Shown here: piece after piece, positions 22,530 through 32,176 of the stretch
How the letters are laid out: each line of letters opens with the position of its first letter
Position numbering within the stretch: the stretch's first letter is position 1
DNA from: Acidimicrobiales bacterium
GTDB lineage: Bacteria > Actinomycetota > Acidimicrobiia > Acidimicrobiales > Aldehydirespiratoraceae
Assembly: GCA_965117015.1 (NCBI GenBank)
Contig: OZ220747.1
Coordinates: forward strand, 1,931,069 to 1,995,068
Direction: 5' to 3'
DNA length: 64,000 nt
Notes under the pieces: generated by a model
What the model was told of the DNA's origin: nothing
What the model saw: the letters and a program-made list of their open reading frames with translations, nothing else
Database searches by the model: none
Position numbers and translations under genes: made by a program

Positions 22530-23305
22530 TCGCTCTGATCCTTGCTGATCGCGGCGCGGCGGGCTTCGAGCGCGCGGCGGCGTGCGGGGGAGGCCAGCAG
22601 GGCGCTTCGCGGTGGCTGCCACTCCGCGGGATCGAACCCCTCACCGCGGTCGAGCGACTCCAGCAGTGCTTTGGTCGCCGCGACGGCTTCAGGGTGGGCG
22701 GAGTGGGCCCCAAGCAGGCTCTTGGCTGTCTCGACGGTGGTCCCCGCCCGCACGACTGTGGCTGCGCCGGGCGGGAGCTCCCGACCCGCCAGCTCCTGTT
22801 GGAGCAGCATGAGACGGCGGACGGTGGACGAGCCGAGGCGGGCGTGCAGACGAGCCGTCGACGACGGGTTGTACAGGATTCCTAGTCTGGTCGAGGGCAG
22901 GGCGAGACGGGCCTCGTCGGCGACCACCACGGCGTCACAGGCCCATGCCAGGTCGACGGCGGCGCCGTAGCAGGCGCCCTCGACCGCGGCGACGACCGGC
23001 AGCGGGCTCAGGGTGAGGCGCCGGCAGAGCTGCTCGAGCTCGTCGTCGAATCCGAGATCGTCAGTCGTGCCGTTCAGCTCGGACAGGTCCGCTCCGGCGC
23101 TGAAGGCTCTCGGGCCGCCGGTGAGCAGCATGCCGGCCGTGCCGGCGTCCGCCTCGCTGGCCGCGCCGGACGCAGACGCCTCGACCCGGTTCAGTACCGC
23201 CCCGATCTGGCGGATCGTCTCCCGCCGAAGGGCGTTGGCCCGCTCGGGCCGATTGATCTCGACCTGCCAGATCGAGCCCTCGACGCTGCAGATGACGTCG
23301 CTCAC
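22526..23305 (-). CDS. enoyl-CoA hydratase/isomerase family protein
   Basis: In-frame GTG at 23305 in track ORF 22526..23557, overlapping the amidase stop (GTGA). It carries INRPERANAL and FSAGADLSEL motifs. 259 aa. Confidence 0.8.
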   Translation of the reverse strand: MSDVICSVEGSIWQVEINRPERANALRRETIRQIGAVLNRVEASASGAASEADAGTAGMLLTGGPRAFSAGADLSELNGTTDDLGFDDELEQLCRRLTLSPLPVVAAVEGACYGAAVDLAWACDAVVVADEARLALPSTRLGILYNPSSTARLHARLGSSTVRRLMLLQQELAGRELPPGAATVVRAGTTVETAKSLLGAHSAHPEAVAATKALLESLDRGEGFDPAEWQPPRSALLASPARRRALEARRAAISKDQSE

Positions 23306-24681
23306 GGGGTTCCCAAGCGGGGTGACAGGCGGACGAAGGGACGCACATCCAGTTCGGCTTCGAGCTGCTCGGCAAGTGACAGCAGTTCGGTGTCGGCTCC
23401 GTGCCGTCCCACCAGCTGAACCGCGGCGGGGAGACCGTCCACGAACCCGACGGGCAGCACCACCGCGGGATGTCCCGAGACGTTGAAGGGCACCGCGAAC
23501 GGGAACGCACCCCAGAGTCGGGCCACTCGCTCGCCGGCGATGGTCTCGGGCCGGCATCCCAGCTGGAAGGCGGTGGTGGCGGTGGCGGGAGTGGCGATGA
23601 CGTCATAGTCGGTGAAGTGCTCGTCCACCCGTTTCCGGTACTCGGCCAGGTCGGACCGGGCCCTGGCGAGCACAGCGGGGTCGAGCTGCTCGGCGGCCAT
23701 CAGGGACCGCCTGTGATACCACGTCAGCTGATGGCGGCCGCGAAGCAGGTGGCCGCGGCGCTCGCCCTCCTCGGCCAGCACGAGCGGCCCGAAGATCTCC
23801 TCCCATCCTGCGAGGTCGAGTTCTACCGGCGTCACATCGTGGCCACAGGCCGCGAGCTGCTTCACCGCGGTCGCTGCGAGATCGCCCACGTCGACGTCGA
23901 TCGGGCGGCCTTCGGGCCTGGCGCACCAGGCGACGCGGCGCCGTGCCGGGCGGGGTGGGGTGCCCGCGGTCCGGTCTCCCTCGCCGGCCAGCACCGACAG
24001 CAGGCGGCGGGCATCGGCGACGCATCGGGCCAGCGGTCCCACCGAGATGAACGGGCTGAACGCACGGAACCCGCCGGCATCGTCGATGGCGCCATACGTG
24101 GGTTTGAGTCCCACCAGACCGCAGAACGACGCGGGGATGCGGATCGAGCCCCCACCGTCGGAGCCGAGCCCCACTGTGCACGTCCCCGAGGCGACCGCGG
24201 CCGCCGCGCCGCCGCTGGACCCGCCCGCGGTGCGATCGGGGTCGAAAGGGTTGGCGGTATCGGGACCGAGGAGGTTGTCGGTGGTGGCCGACTGGCAGAA
24301 CTCAGGGACGTTGGTCTTGCCGACGATCACAGCTCCGGCCCGTCGCAGGCGCCGCACCGCCCCGGAGTCGCGACGAGCCACGTCGTCGGCGTGGGCCAGC
24401 GAGCCGAGCGTGGTGACGTGGCCCTCGACATGGAAGGCGTCCTTGATCGAGACGGGCACCCCGGCGAGGGGACCGGCGCCGCCGTTGCGGTAGGCGGCCT
24501 CGGCCTCGACGGCCTGGCGGTGGGCCAGTTCCGGGGTGGTGAGCACGAAGGCGTGCAGAGTCGGGTCGACCCGGTCGATGCGTTCCTGGGCCAGGGCCGC
24601 GACCTCGACCGGCGACACCGAGCCGCGGCGGTAGGCGTCGACGAGCCGGTGCACCGGCCACCACAGCGGACCGTCATCCAC
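23302..24681 (-). CDS. amidase (amidase-signature family)
   Basis: 459 aa with the AS signature GGSSGGAAAAVASG and a conserved KD..H segment. Confidence 0.85.
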   Translation of the reverse strand: MDDGPLWWPVHRLVDAYRRGSVSPVEVAALAQERIDRVDPTLHAFVLTTPELAHRQAVEAEAAYRNGGAGPLAGVPVSIKDAFHVEGHVTTLGSLAHADDVARRDSGAVRRLRRAGAVIVGKTNVPEFCQSATTDNLLGPDTANPFDPDRTAGGSSGGAAAAVASGTCTVGLGSDGGGSIRIPASFCGLVGLKPTYGAIDDAGGFRAFSPFISVGPLARCVADARRLLSVLAGEGDRTAGTPPRPARRRVAWCARPEGRPIDVDVGDLAATAVKQLAACGHDVTPVELDLAGWEEIFGPLVLAEEGERRGHLLRGRHQLTWYHRRSLMAAEQLDPAVLARARSDLAEYRKRVDEHFTDYDVIATPATATTAFQLGCRPETIAGERVARLWGAFPFAVPFNVSGHPAVVLPVGFVDGLPAAVQLVGRHGADTELLSLAEQLEAELDVRPFVRLSPRLGTP

Positions 24682-25435
24682 GGGCCGACACGCCTCCTGA
24701 GACGGTGAAGACCTCGCCGGTCACGTAGCTCGCCTCGTCCGAAGCCAGGAACGAGACCATGCCGGCGACGTCGTCGGGCTGCCCGATGCGGCCCAGGACC
24801 GCCTTGCGGGCCAGGTAGTTGTCGAAGAACTCCTCCGGGTAGATCCTCCGCAGGAAGTCGTTGTAGATCAGGCCGGGGGCTACCGCGTTGACGCGCACGC
24901 CGTGGGCGCCGTTCTCGGCCGCGGCCACCCGGGTCAGGGCCAGCACGCCCGCCTTGGCGGCCGAGTAGGCCGCACCGTGCTCGGTGGACATCTCCCACGC
25001 CGCTATCGAGGAGATGTTGATGATCGAGCCGCCCCCGCCGGCGATCATGGCAGGCAGTGCGTAGCGCATGCATACGAAGGTGCCGGTCAAGTCGACGTCG
25101 AGGCAGCGCTGCCACGTCTCCAGCGACATCTCGGCCACCGGCTCGATCCTCGACCAGCCTGCGTTGTTGACCAGCACGTCGAGGCCGCCCTTGACGGCCG
25201 CGACCTCCGACATGACGGCACGCACCTGGTCGTGGTCGGTGACGTCGAGGTGGTGGCTGCTCACGTCGCGCCCGATCTCGTCGGCGAGGACGGCGGCGAA
25301 CTCACCGCACCGGCGCTGGTGGGCGTCGGTGACGACGACGTCGAAGCCGTCGCGGGCGAGCCGTCTCACCACGGCCGCTCCGATGCCGGCGCCGGCCGCC
25401 GCGGTCACCAGCGCCACTCTCGGCGTTCCTGCCAT
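24674..25435 (-). CDS. SDR family oxidoreductase
   Basis: 253 aa with TAAAGAGIG (TGxxxGxG-type), NNAG and YSAAK. Confidence 0.85.
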   Translation of the reverse strand: MAGTPRVALVTAAAGAGIGAAVVRRLARDGFDVVVTDAHQRRCGEFAAVLADEIGRDVSSHHLDVTDHDQVRAVMSEVAAVKGGLDVLVNNAGWSRIEPVAEMSLETWQRCLDVDLTGTFVCMRYALPAMIAGGGGSIINISSIAAWEMSTEHGAAYSAAKAGVLALTRVAAAENGAHGVRVNAVAPGLIYNDFLRRIYPEEFFDNYLARKAVLGRIGQPDDVAGMVSFLASDEASYVTGEVFTVSGGVSARG

Positions 25436-26445
25436 CAGTCTCCTCCTGCCTCGACTGCACTGATCACGGTGTCGGCCAACTGAGCCAAGCGCTGCTCGCG
25501 CCCGCCCGACAGCAGCGCGAAGGTGATCCGGTCGATGTCGAGCTGCCAGAGTTGGCGGAGCCGGTCTACGCAGGTGTCGAGGTCGCCCGCCAGGGCCACC
25601 GACTTGACGAAGTCATCGGACACGGTGTGCTTGTGCTCGGCCTGCAGCGACAGGTGGTCGACGAGGCCGTAGGCGCCCGCGGCCCGGGCGAACTCGGGGC
25701 GGAACCGCTCCCACGCGGGCGGCATCCGTTTCCACGGGTGGAAGGTGGCCGCCTGGCTGGTGGCCCATGCTCTCACGTCGTCGATGGCGCTGGCGGTGTC
25801 GTCGCCCACCGACATGGTGACGAACAGGTCGACGGTCAGGTCGCTGCGGTCGCGCCCGGCAGCCTCCAGCCCCTGGTGGATGTACTCCAGTTGCCACGAG
25901 CAGAACTCGGGGTCGGCGGCACCCATGAGCACCGCGCCGTCGCAGGTCTCGCCGGCGAGCCGCAGCATGGCGGGCTGCGAGACCGCGAGATAGATGGGAA
26001 TCTGGCGCTCGGCGGTGGCCAGGCGGACCTGGGTGCCGTAGAGGTCGCACGGCTCGCCACTGAAGAGTTGGCGGAACTCGTCGATCCCGGAGCGCAGATC
26101 GCCGATTCTGGACGGTGCGCCGCCGGCGCCCAGCACGGCCGACCAGCCCGCGCCGAGGCCGAGCACGGCACGGCTGCCGGAGAGCTCGTCGAGGGCGGCG
26201 GTGGCGTTGGCGGTCACCGTGGGGTGGCGGGTCACGAGGTTGGTGACGCCTGCTCCGATGAGCACGTTCTCGGTGGACAGCGCGGCCAGGTTCATGGCGG
26301 CGTACACGTCCTTCATGCCGAGCTGGAAGTCGATGTACCACAGCGCCTCGAAGCCCCCGTCGTCGATGGCGCGGGCCAACTCGGCGGTGCGGCTCAGCGG
26401 CTCGCGGGGGCTGACCCCCAAAGAAATGCCGTAGCGGCGCCTCAT
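25435..26445 (-). CDS. LLM-class flavin/F420-dependent oxidoreductase
   Basis: 336 aa with a luciferase-like TIM-barrel pattern. It has 1-nt and 4-nt overlaps with its neighbours. Confidence 0.8.
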   Translation of the reverse strand: MRRRYGISLGVSPREPLSRTAELARAIDDGGFEALWYIDFQLGMKDVYAAMNLAALSTENVLIGAGVTNLVTRHPTVTANATAALDELSGSRAVLGLGAGWSAVLGAGGAPSRIGDLRSGIDEFRQLFSGEPCDLYGTQVRLATAERQIPIYLAVSQPAMLRLAGETCDGAVLMGAADPEFCSWQLEYIHQGLEAAGRDRSDLTVDLFVTMSVGDDTASAIDDVRAWATSQAATFHPWKRMPPAWERFRPEFARAAGAYGLVDHLSLQAEHKHTVSDDFVKSVALAGDLDTCVDRLRQLWQLDIDRITFALLSGGREQRLAQLADTVISAVEAGGD

Positions 26446-27236
26446 GCGGTGTCCCTCTCGTTTAGGAGCCTGGCGAGCAGCTTGCCGTAGGCGTCGGGTT
26501 GGTCGACGGAGAGTAGATGACCGGACCCGGCGATCTCGTGGTACCGGCAGTCGCCGACATTGTCGACGATGATGTCGGATGCCCGGCGCGGGCAGAAGAC
26601 GTCGCTGGACGCCCCGATGACGTCGACCGGGACCTCGATCCGCGCCAGCAGGGGATTCAGCGGCTCGGAGCGGATGCCTATCATCGCCCGGGCGGCGTTG
26701 ATGTAGCCGCGGCCGTCACCGACGGCTTCCACCCGCCTCGAGGCGAGCGTGTCGATGTCGGCCTCGGTGACAACCTGCTTGGTCGTGTCGTCGCGCAGGC
26801 CGGCCGCGAAGCCGTCCCAGTCACCGGCTTCGAGCTGTGCGATTCTCCCGGCGAAGAACTCGGCCGCAGCCGTGCCGACCACCGATGAGGTGGCTGCCAC
26901 GATCAGGTGGGCGATCAGGGATCCCGGAGCGGTCGCAGCCTTGAGCCCGATGGTGCCGCCCAGCGAGTAGCCGACGACGGCCGCGGGACCGGTCACCGTG
27001 CTCAGGAAGGCGGCCAGGTCGTCGCTCAGCTGCGACAGGGTGCCGGCGCCCTGCCCGGGAGTGGTTCGGCCGTGTCCCCGTAGATCGATCGCGTACACGG
27101 AGAACTCACCGAGATGGGTGGCGACGGCCTCCCATGAGCGGAGGTCCTCGGCCAGCCCGTGCAGCAGCACTACGGGCGGCCCTGAGCCGCACTGCCGGTA
27201 GTTGACCACTATGTCGTTCAGCTCGACGGTGCTCAT
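26442..27236 (-). CDS. alpha/beta hydrolase
   Basis: 264 aa with the HG oxyanion motif (VLLHGLAED), the nucleophile elbow GYSLGG and a C-terminal GSGHL. Confidence 0.8.
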   Translation of the reverse strand: MSTVELNDIVVNYRQCGSGPPVVLLHGLAEDLRSWEAVATHLGEFSVYAIDLRGHGRTTPGQGAGTLSQLSDDLAAFLSTVTGPAAVVGYSLGGTIGLKAATAPGSLIAHLIVAATSSVVGTAAAEFFAGRIAQLEAGDWDGFAAGLRDDTTKQVVTEADIDTLASRRVEAVGDGRGYINAARAMIGIRSEPLNPLLARIEVPVDVIGASSDVFCPRRASDIIVDNVGDCRYHEIAGSGHLLSVDQPDAYGKLLARLLNERDTA

Positions 27237-28849
27237 TGTCTCGTGCTCTCATTCGAGTCTGTGCCGCGTGTGGCGGCTGCGGCAGCCGGGGCGGAGGCGT
27301 TGACGAGTTCGTCGCGGAGCTGTTGCTTTCGTATCTTGCCTGCGGCTGTTCGCGGGAAGTGGTCGACTTGCACCAGCCTCTCGGGCCGGTACCGCTTGGG
27401 CAGGCCCTGCAGCTCGCAGTAGGCGATGACATCGTCGAGGTCGAGGGGTGCGCCGGCCTGCACGACTGCGCAGATGCGCTCGCCGAGTCGCTCATCGGGC
27501 CATCCGATCACGGCCACGCCGACCACGTCGGGGTGGGCCGCGATCGCGTTCTCGGTCTCGACGGGGGAGATGTTGACGCCGGCGCGGATGATCAGGTCCT
27601 TGCGCCGGCCGGTGATCGACACGTAGCCGTCGGGATCGATGCGGGCGAGGTCGCCGGTGCGGAAGAACCCGTCGCCGATGATGTGCTCGGCGTACAGCTC
27701 AGGCTGGCCGTAGTAGCCGTTGAACACGCCCGGTCCCCGCATGACGAGTTCGCCCGATCCCTCAGTCCGCAGTCGCATGTCGGCATCGAGGGTTCGCAGC
27801 TCCAGCCCCGGCAGCCCCACACCGACCGTGTTCTCGACCTGCTCGTTTGTCGAGCCGGCCACACAGGTGGTGAGGCCGCCCTCGGTCATGCCCCACAGCG
27901 GTGTCACGAAGGTGTTCGGGAACTCTGTGCGACAGCGCCGGAGGAGGACCGGCGGCACCTGTGCGCCGCCGCACAGGAAGCTCCGCATCGGGCCCAGCTT
28001 CGGTTCGGCGCCGTACCACTCTGCCTCGGCCAGATCGGCCAGGAACGGCGTCGCCGCCGCGGTGAAGGCGGCGCGGTGGCGGGCCACGAGGTCGAGGGCG
28101 GTCAAGGCGTTCCACTGGTCTTGGAGGATGAGGGGCGCGCCCAGGAACATCGAGAGGCGGGCACCGTGGATCGCGCCGACGCTGTGACCCAGCGGTGACG
28201 GCATGAAGACGGGAGTCTCGGAGCTGAGCGAGAAGCGTTCGGCGAACTGCCGGTTGAGCGTGGCCAGGGTGTCTTCGCTGTGGCTCACCGCCTTCGGCGG
28301 CCCGGTCGTGCTCGACGTGAACATCAGGTGCGCGGTCTCCTCGGGCACGCTGACGGTCCGATCCGGGCAGACCACCGATCCGTACACCTTCAGCCGGGCT
28401 CCGTCCGCGGCGGCGACCCGCACGGAGGCCGCGGTCGCCGCTCTGGAGATCGCTTCAGCCGGAGACCCCTGCCGGTTCCGGTCGGTGCAGATGACTAGGG
28501 CTGGCTCGATCAAATGGATGATGTGGCGCAGGTGGGCCTCGGGGGTGGTGACCGGGGGCGTGGCCGGGATATGGCCCGCCCTCAAGGTGGCCAGGAACAT
28601 GACGACCCAAGCCGCGGAGTTGGGGAGAAGGATCACGACGACCCGCCTGCGGCAGCCGATGATCGAACGGATCTCCTCGCCAGCCACGCCGGCTGCGTGC
28701 CACAGCTCGGATCTGGACAGCGAGTCCGGACCGCTCGCCAGGGCCAACTCATCCGGTCGCTCGGTGGCGTGCGACTCGAAGCGGTCGATCAGCCTGCGGC
28801 CGGTCCACCATCCAGCGAGCCGGTAGCGCTCCGCCAGGTCATCGACCAC
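27233..28849 (-). CDS. acyl-CoA synthetase / AMP-dependent ligase
   Basis: In-frame GTG at 28849, preceded by GGAGGAG, in track ORF 27233..29680. AMP-binding motif MFTSSTTGPPKAV and a C-terminal GKIRK. 538 aa. The upper 277 codons of the ORF are antisense to tetR. Confidence 0.85.
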   Translation of the reverse strand: MVDDLAERYRLAGWWTGRRLIDRFESHATERPDELALASGPDSLSRSELWHAAGVAGEEIRSIIGCRRRVVVILLPNSAAWVVMFLATLRAGHIPATPPVTTPEAHLRHIIHLIEPALVICTDRNRQGSPAEAISRAATAASVRVAAADGARLKVYGSVVCPDRTVSVPEETAHLMFTSSTTGPPKAVSHSEDTLATLNRQFAERFSLSSETPVFMPSPLGHSVGAIHGARLSMFLGAPLILQDQWNALTALDLVARHRAAFTAAATPFLADLAEAEWYGAEPKLGPMRSFLCGGAQVPPVLLRRCRTEFPNTFVTPLWGMTEGGLTTCVAGSTNEQVENTVGVGLPGLELRTLDADMRLRTEGSGELVMRGPGVFNGYYGQPELYAEHIIGDGFFRTGDLARIDPDGYVSITGRRKDLIIRAGVNISPVETENAIAAHPDVVGVAVIGWPDERLGERICAVVQAGAPLDLDDVIAYCELQGLPKRYRPERLVQVDHFPRTAAGKIRKQQLRDELVNASAPAAAAATRGTDSNESTRQ

Positions 28850-28870
28850 TGCTCTCCTCCGTTTCCGGTC

Positions 28871-28901
28871 GGCGCGCCTGCCGCAGTATGGCAGGCGCGC
28901 C
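28871..28901. promoter_or_regulatory. perfect 12-bp inverted repeat upstream of the acyl-CoA synthetase operon (operator or 5'-UTR hairpin)
   Basis: GGCGCGCCTGCC-GCAGTAT-GGCAGGCGCGCC, lying 22-52 nt upstream of the GTG at 28849 in the tetR-divergent intergenic region. Confidence 0.4.
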
Positions 28902-29074
28902 CCACTGTCAGAAGACCGACATCGCTTTTGTTTTAGTGAGAGGAGGGCGCATGGAGCGGTAACATCGTCCGCTGCGGGCTTCCAGACCCGAGCCGACCCG
29001 AACCGGGACCAGCCAGATCGGGACCAGTCACGTGCCCTACACCGTACACACGCTTTGCAACATAGTGAGCGCCA

Positions 29075-29698
29075 ATGGCCACTGAGCCGACCACGCCGAA
29101 GGGTCAGCGAACACGGCAGTCGATTCTCGATGCAGCGTCGAAGGTCTTCACCAGAGACGGTTACGTCGATGCCCGCATGAGCGATGTCGCAGAACAGGCC
29201 GGAATCTCCCTCGGCGGTCTCTACCGGTACTTCGAGAACAAGGAGGACCTCTTCGCCAACGTCATCCGGGACCTCCACGAGGAGCTCTTCCGGCGGAGCC
29301 GGTCGTCGACGCCGATAGCTGAGGATCCCGAGGCCGCCTTGTTCGAGGCCAACCTCGGCTACCTCCAGCACTACCGCGCCAACAGCGGCGTGCTGCGGGC
29401 CTTCATCGAGGCGACGACGGTGGAGGATCGCTTCACCACGATCTGGTGGACGATGCGCGAGCGCCATGTCGCCCGGTTCGTGCATGCGGTGGAGAACGAC
29501 GAGCGCGTCCATCTCGACGGGCTGGATCCCGCCGCAGTGGCCCGGGCGATGGCCTCCCTCGTCGAGCAGACCGCCTACACGACGTTCGCCCATGCCGCGC
29601 TCAACACCGCACCGGTGGACGTGGAGACGGTGGCGCGCATCGTGACCAGGGCCTGGTACCGGAGCTTCTACGCCGATCATGCCCCCGAGCCCAGATAG
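29075..29698 (+). CDS. TetR/AcrR family transcriptional regulator
   Basis: 207 aa with the N-terminal HTH TRQSILDAASKVFTRDGYVDARMSDVAEQAGISLGGLYRYF. It is divergent from the six-gene operon, and its 3' end overlaps the convergent livF by 22 nt. Confidence 0.9.
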   Translation: MATEPTTPKGQRTRQSILDAASKVFTRDGYVDARMSDVAEQAGISLGGLYRYFENKEDLFANVIRDLHEELFRRSRSSTPIAEDPEAALFEANLGYLQHYRANSGVLRAFIEATTVEDRFTTIWWTMRERHVARFVHAVENDERVHLDGLDPAAVARAMASLVEQTAYTTFAHAALNTAPVDVETVARIVTRAWYRSFYADHAPEPR

Positions 29699-30390
29699 GT
29701 GGCGGCCAGCGTCTCATCGGCCAGGAGTTCCCGGTTGGTGGCCTCCAGGGCCACCTCGCCGGACTCGAGCACATAGGCCCGATCGCACACCTCGAGCGCC
29801 TCATGGACTCGTTGCTCGACGACGATCATCGCGGTCGTCTCGCTCTTGAGCAGCCGGGCGATCCCCTCGAAGATGTCGTCCGCGGCGCGGGGAGCCAACC
29901 CCATCGAAGGCTCGTCGAGCATGAGCAGCCGGGGGCAGGCCATCACCCCCCGTGCGACCGCCAGCATCTGCTGCTGGCCTCCCGACAAGGCGCCGCCGTC
30001 GCGGCCGAGCATGCCGGCCAGCGCAGGGAAGATCTCGAGCACCAGTTCGCGGCGCTCGTCGTGCCGGTCCCGAGCAACCTTGCCGTGGCAGCCGAGGCGA
30101 AGGTTGTCGGCCACCGTCATCGACGCGAAGATCATCCGCCCCTGGGGCACGTGCACGATGCCGGCCTCGACCCGCCTGTGCGGCGCCTGCGGGAGAAGAT
30201 CCTCGCCGTCGAAGCGGATCGAGCCCGAGTCCGCCTCCACGGTGCCGCTGATCGTCTTGAGCAGGGTGGTCTTGCCCGCGCCGTTGGGTCCGAGGATGGC
30301 TACGTGCTCCTGTGGCCCGACCCCGAAGTCGATCGAGCGCAGCGCGGGGACTCCGTCATAGCCGGCACAGAGGTCACTGATCTCTAGCAT
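29677..30390 (-). CDS. branched-chain-amino-acid-type ABC transporter ATP-binding protein (LivF-like)
   Basis: 237 aa with Walker A GPNGAGKTT, signature LSGGQQQ and Walker B LLMLDEPS. Confidence 0.85.
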   Translation of the reverse strand: MLEISDLCAGYDGVPALRSIDFGVGPQEHVAILGPNGAGKTTLLKTISGTVEADSGSIRFDGEDLLPQAPHRRVEAGIVHVPQGRMIFASMTVADNLRLGCHGKVARDRHDERRELVLEIFPALAGMLGRDGGALSGGQQQMLAVARGVMACPRLLMLDEPSMGLAPRAADDIFEGIARLLKSETTAMIVVEQRVHEALEVCDRAYVLESGEVALEATNRELLADETLAATYLGSGA

Positions 30391-32176
30391 GTTCCATCCA
30401 TCTCGATCCGAGGTAGGCCTCGATGACTCGGGGGTCCGACACCACGTCCTCGGGCGGGCCTTGGGCGATGACGTGGCCCTCGTCGAGCGCGACGACCCAT
30501 TCGACGTACTGGATCAGCGACCGGACCGAGTGCTCGATCACCACGATCGCGGTGTGCGGCTCGACCAGTTCGTCGACGGTCGCGAAGAAGCGGGCCCGCT
30601 CGTCCTCGTTCAAGCCGGCGAGCGGCTCGTCGAGCAGCAGCAGGTCCGGGTCGCTCACCATGGCCCTGGCCAACTCGAGGCTCTTGATCTCTGCTGTGGT
30701 GAGGGCGCTCAACTCACCGAGCGCCTTGCCGGCGAGTCCGACTCGCTCGAGCATGGCCATCGAGGCGGCCACCGGATCCGGCATCGAGGCGCCGATGGCG
30801 GCCACGACCACATTGTCCAGCGGAGACATGAGGTGGAAACCCTGTGGAACTTGGAACGTGCGTGACATGCCGAGCTCGTAACGGCGCGGTGCGCGCATCC
30901 GATCCACCTGCACCCCCTTGAACAGGATCCGTCCGGCGTCGGCCCGCAGGTGGGCGGTCATGATGTTGAACAGCGTCGTCTTGCCCGCGCCGTTGGGGCC
31001 GATGATGCCGACGCGCCGGCCCGCATCGACGCTGAAGGCCACGTCGGACAGCACACGGTTGGCGCCGAAGCTCTTGGCCACGCCGTCCACCTCCAGCACC
31101 GGCGTATCGCTCGGTTGCGGCAGCCTCGACCGGCGGGTTCTTCCCGGCGTCCTCAGCAGCGGCGACGGCCGCGGCGGCGGTGCCGCGAGGCGGCCAAGGA
31201 GGCTCGGGCCTGCCTGCTCGAGTGAGGGACGGGACCACGTCGCCAGCCGGCGGCAGCCCTTCTCGATTGCGGGGAGGATCCCCCGTGGTATCAGCAGCGC
31301 GACGAGGACGAGGGCTGCCGCATAGACCAGTTCTTGCGCGCCGGGGACGGACTCGCCGATCGAGTCGTCCAGGAACATCGCTAGCGGGATGAGGAATGCC
31401 GCACCGACGACCGGTCCCCAGGTCTGCCCCACCCCGCCGACGAACGCAACCGACAGCATCACGATCACCACGGTGATGCCGAAGACCTCCTCGGCGACTG
31501 TCACCCGCAGGACGGCCTTCACCCAGAGCACGGCCATGGCGGCCGACAGCGCCGCCGAGATCATGAACGCGGCCGACTTCCATGCGACCGTGCGGATGCC
31601 CACGGCCCGCGCCAGAATCTCGTTGTCGCGAATGGCGCGGAGGGCGAAGCCGAAGGAGGTCACGTCGATCAGCTCGCTGATGGCCAGGGCGACGACCAGC
31701 ATCCCCAGGCCGACCCACACATAGGTGTGCGAGTTGGAGAACTCCATGAACCTCCACTCGCTCTCGGGATGGAACGGGACCGTGAGTTCGGGGTCCCCGT
31801 AGTGGGAGACGAGCAGTTCCAGGATGAGCGGGAAGGAGATGGTGGCCAGGGTGAAGTAGAACCCCCTGAGCCGGAAGGTGGGCAGGCCGATGACGAGGGC
31901 CACCGCCGCGGCGACACCCATGCCGATGGCCATGCCGGTCCACGGCGAGGTTCCGTCGCCGCGCAGCAGGATGGTGAAGCCGTACGCGCCGATTCCGACG
32001 AACGCGCTGTGGCCCAGCGAGATCTGTCCGGCCTTGGCCATCAGGTTCCACGCCACCCCGGCGAGCGCCCAGACGACCGAGAGCGTGAGCACCCGGACGT
32101 AGAACCTCTGGTCGAGCCAGCCGTTGAGGACCGCAACGGCGGCGATGAGGACGACGAAGGGGACGACGCGCCGCAT
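30374..32176 (-). CDS. fused LivM-like permease / LivG-like ATP-binding protein
   Basis: In-frame ATG at 32176 (ATGA overlap with the livH stop) in track ORF 30374..32908. The N-terminal roughly 330 aa are a multi-TM permease. A Pro/Arg-rich linker follows, then an ATPase (GPNGAGKTT; LLLLDEPLAG). 600 aa. Confidence 0.8.
   Translation of the reverse strand: MRRVVPFVVLIAAVAVLNGWLDQRFYVRVLTLSVVWALAGVAWNLMAKAGQISLGHSAFVGIGAYGFTILLRGDGTSPWTGMAIGMGVAAAVALVIGLPTFRLRGFYFTLATISFPLILELLVSHYGDPELTVPFHPESEWRFMEFSNSHTYVWVGLGMLVVALAISELIDVTSFGFALRAIRDNEILARAVGIRTVAWKSAAFMISAALSAAMAVLWVKAVLRVTVAEEVFGITVVIVMLSVAFVGGVGQTWGPVVGAAFLIPLAMFLDDSIGESVPGAQELVYAAALVLVALLIPRGILPAIEKGCRRLATWSRPSLEQAGPSLLGRLAAPPPRPSPLLRTPGRTRRSRLPQPSDTPVLEVDGVAKSFGANRVLSDVAFSVDAGRRVGIIGPNGAGKTTLFNIMTAHLRADAGRILFKGVQVDRMRAPRRYELGMSRTFQVPQGFHLMSPLDNVVVAAIGASMPDPVAASMAMLERVGLAGKALGELSALTTAEIKSLELARAMVSDPDLLLLDEPLAGLNEDERARFFATVDELVEPHTAIVVIEHSVRSLIQYVEWVVALDEGHVIAQGPPEDVVSDPRVIEAYLGSRWMEHARDQ

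Noticed and set aside
28850-29680. Upstream 277 codons of the ORF 27233-29680
   Set aside because: It is antisense to the well-supported tetR gene. The acyl-CoA synthetase homology begins at GTG 28849, which has a GGAGGAG RBS.
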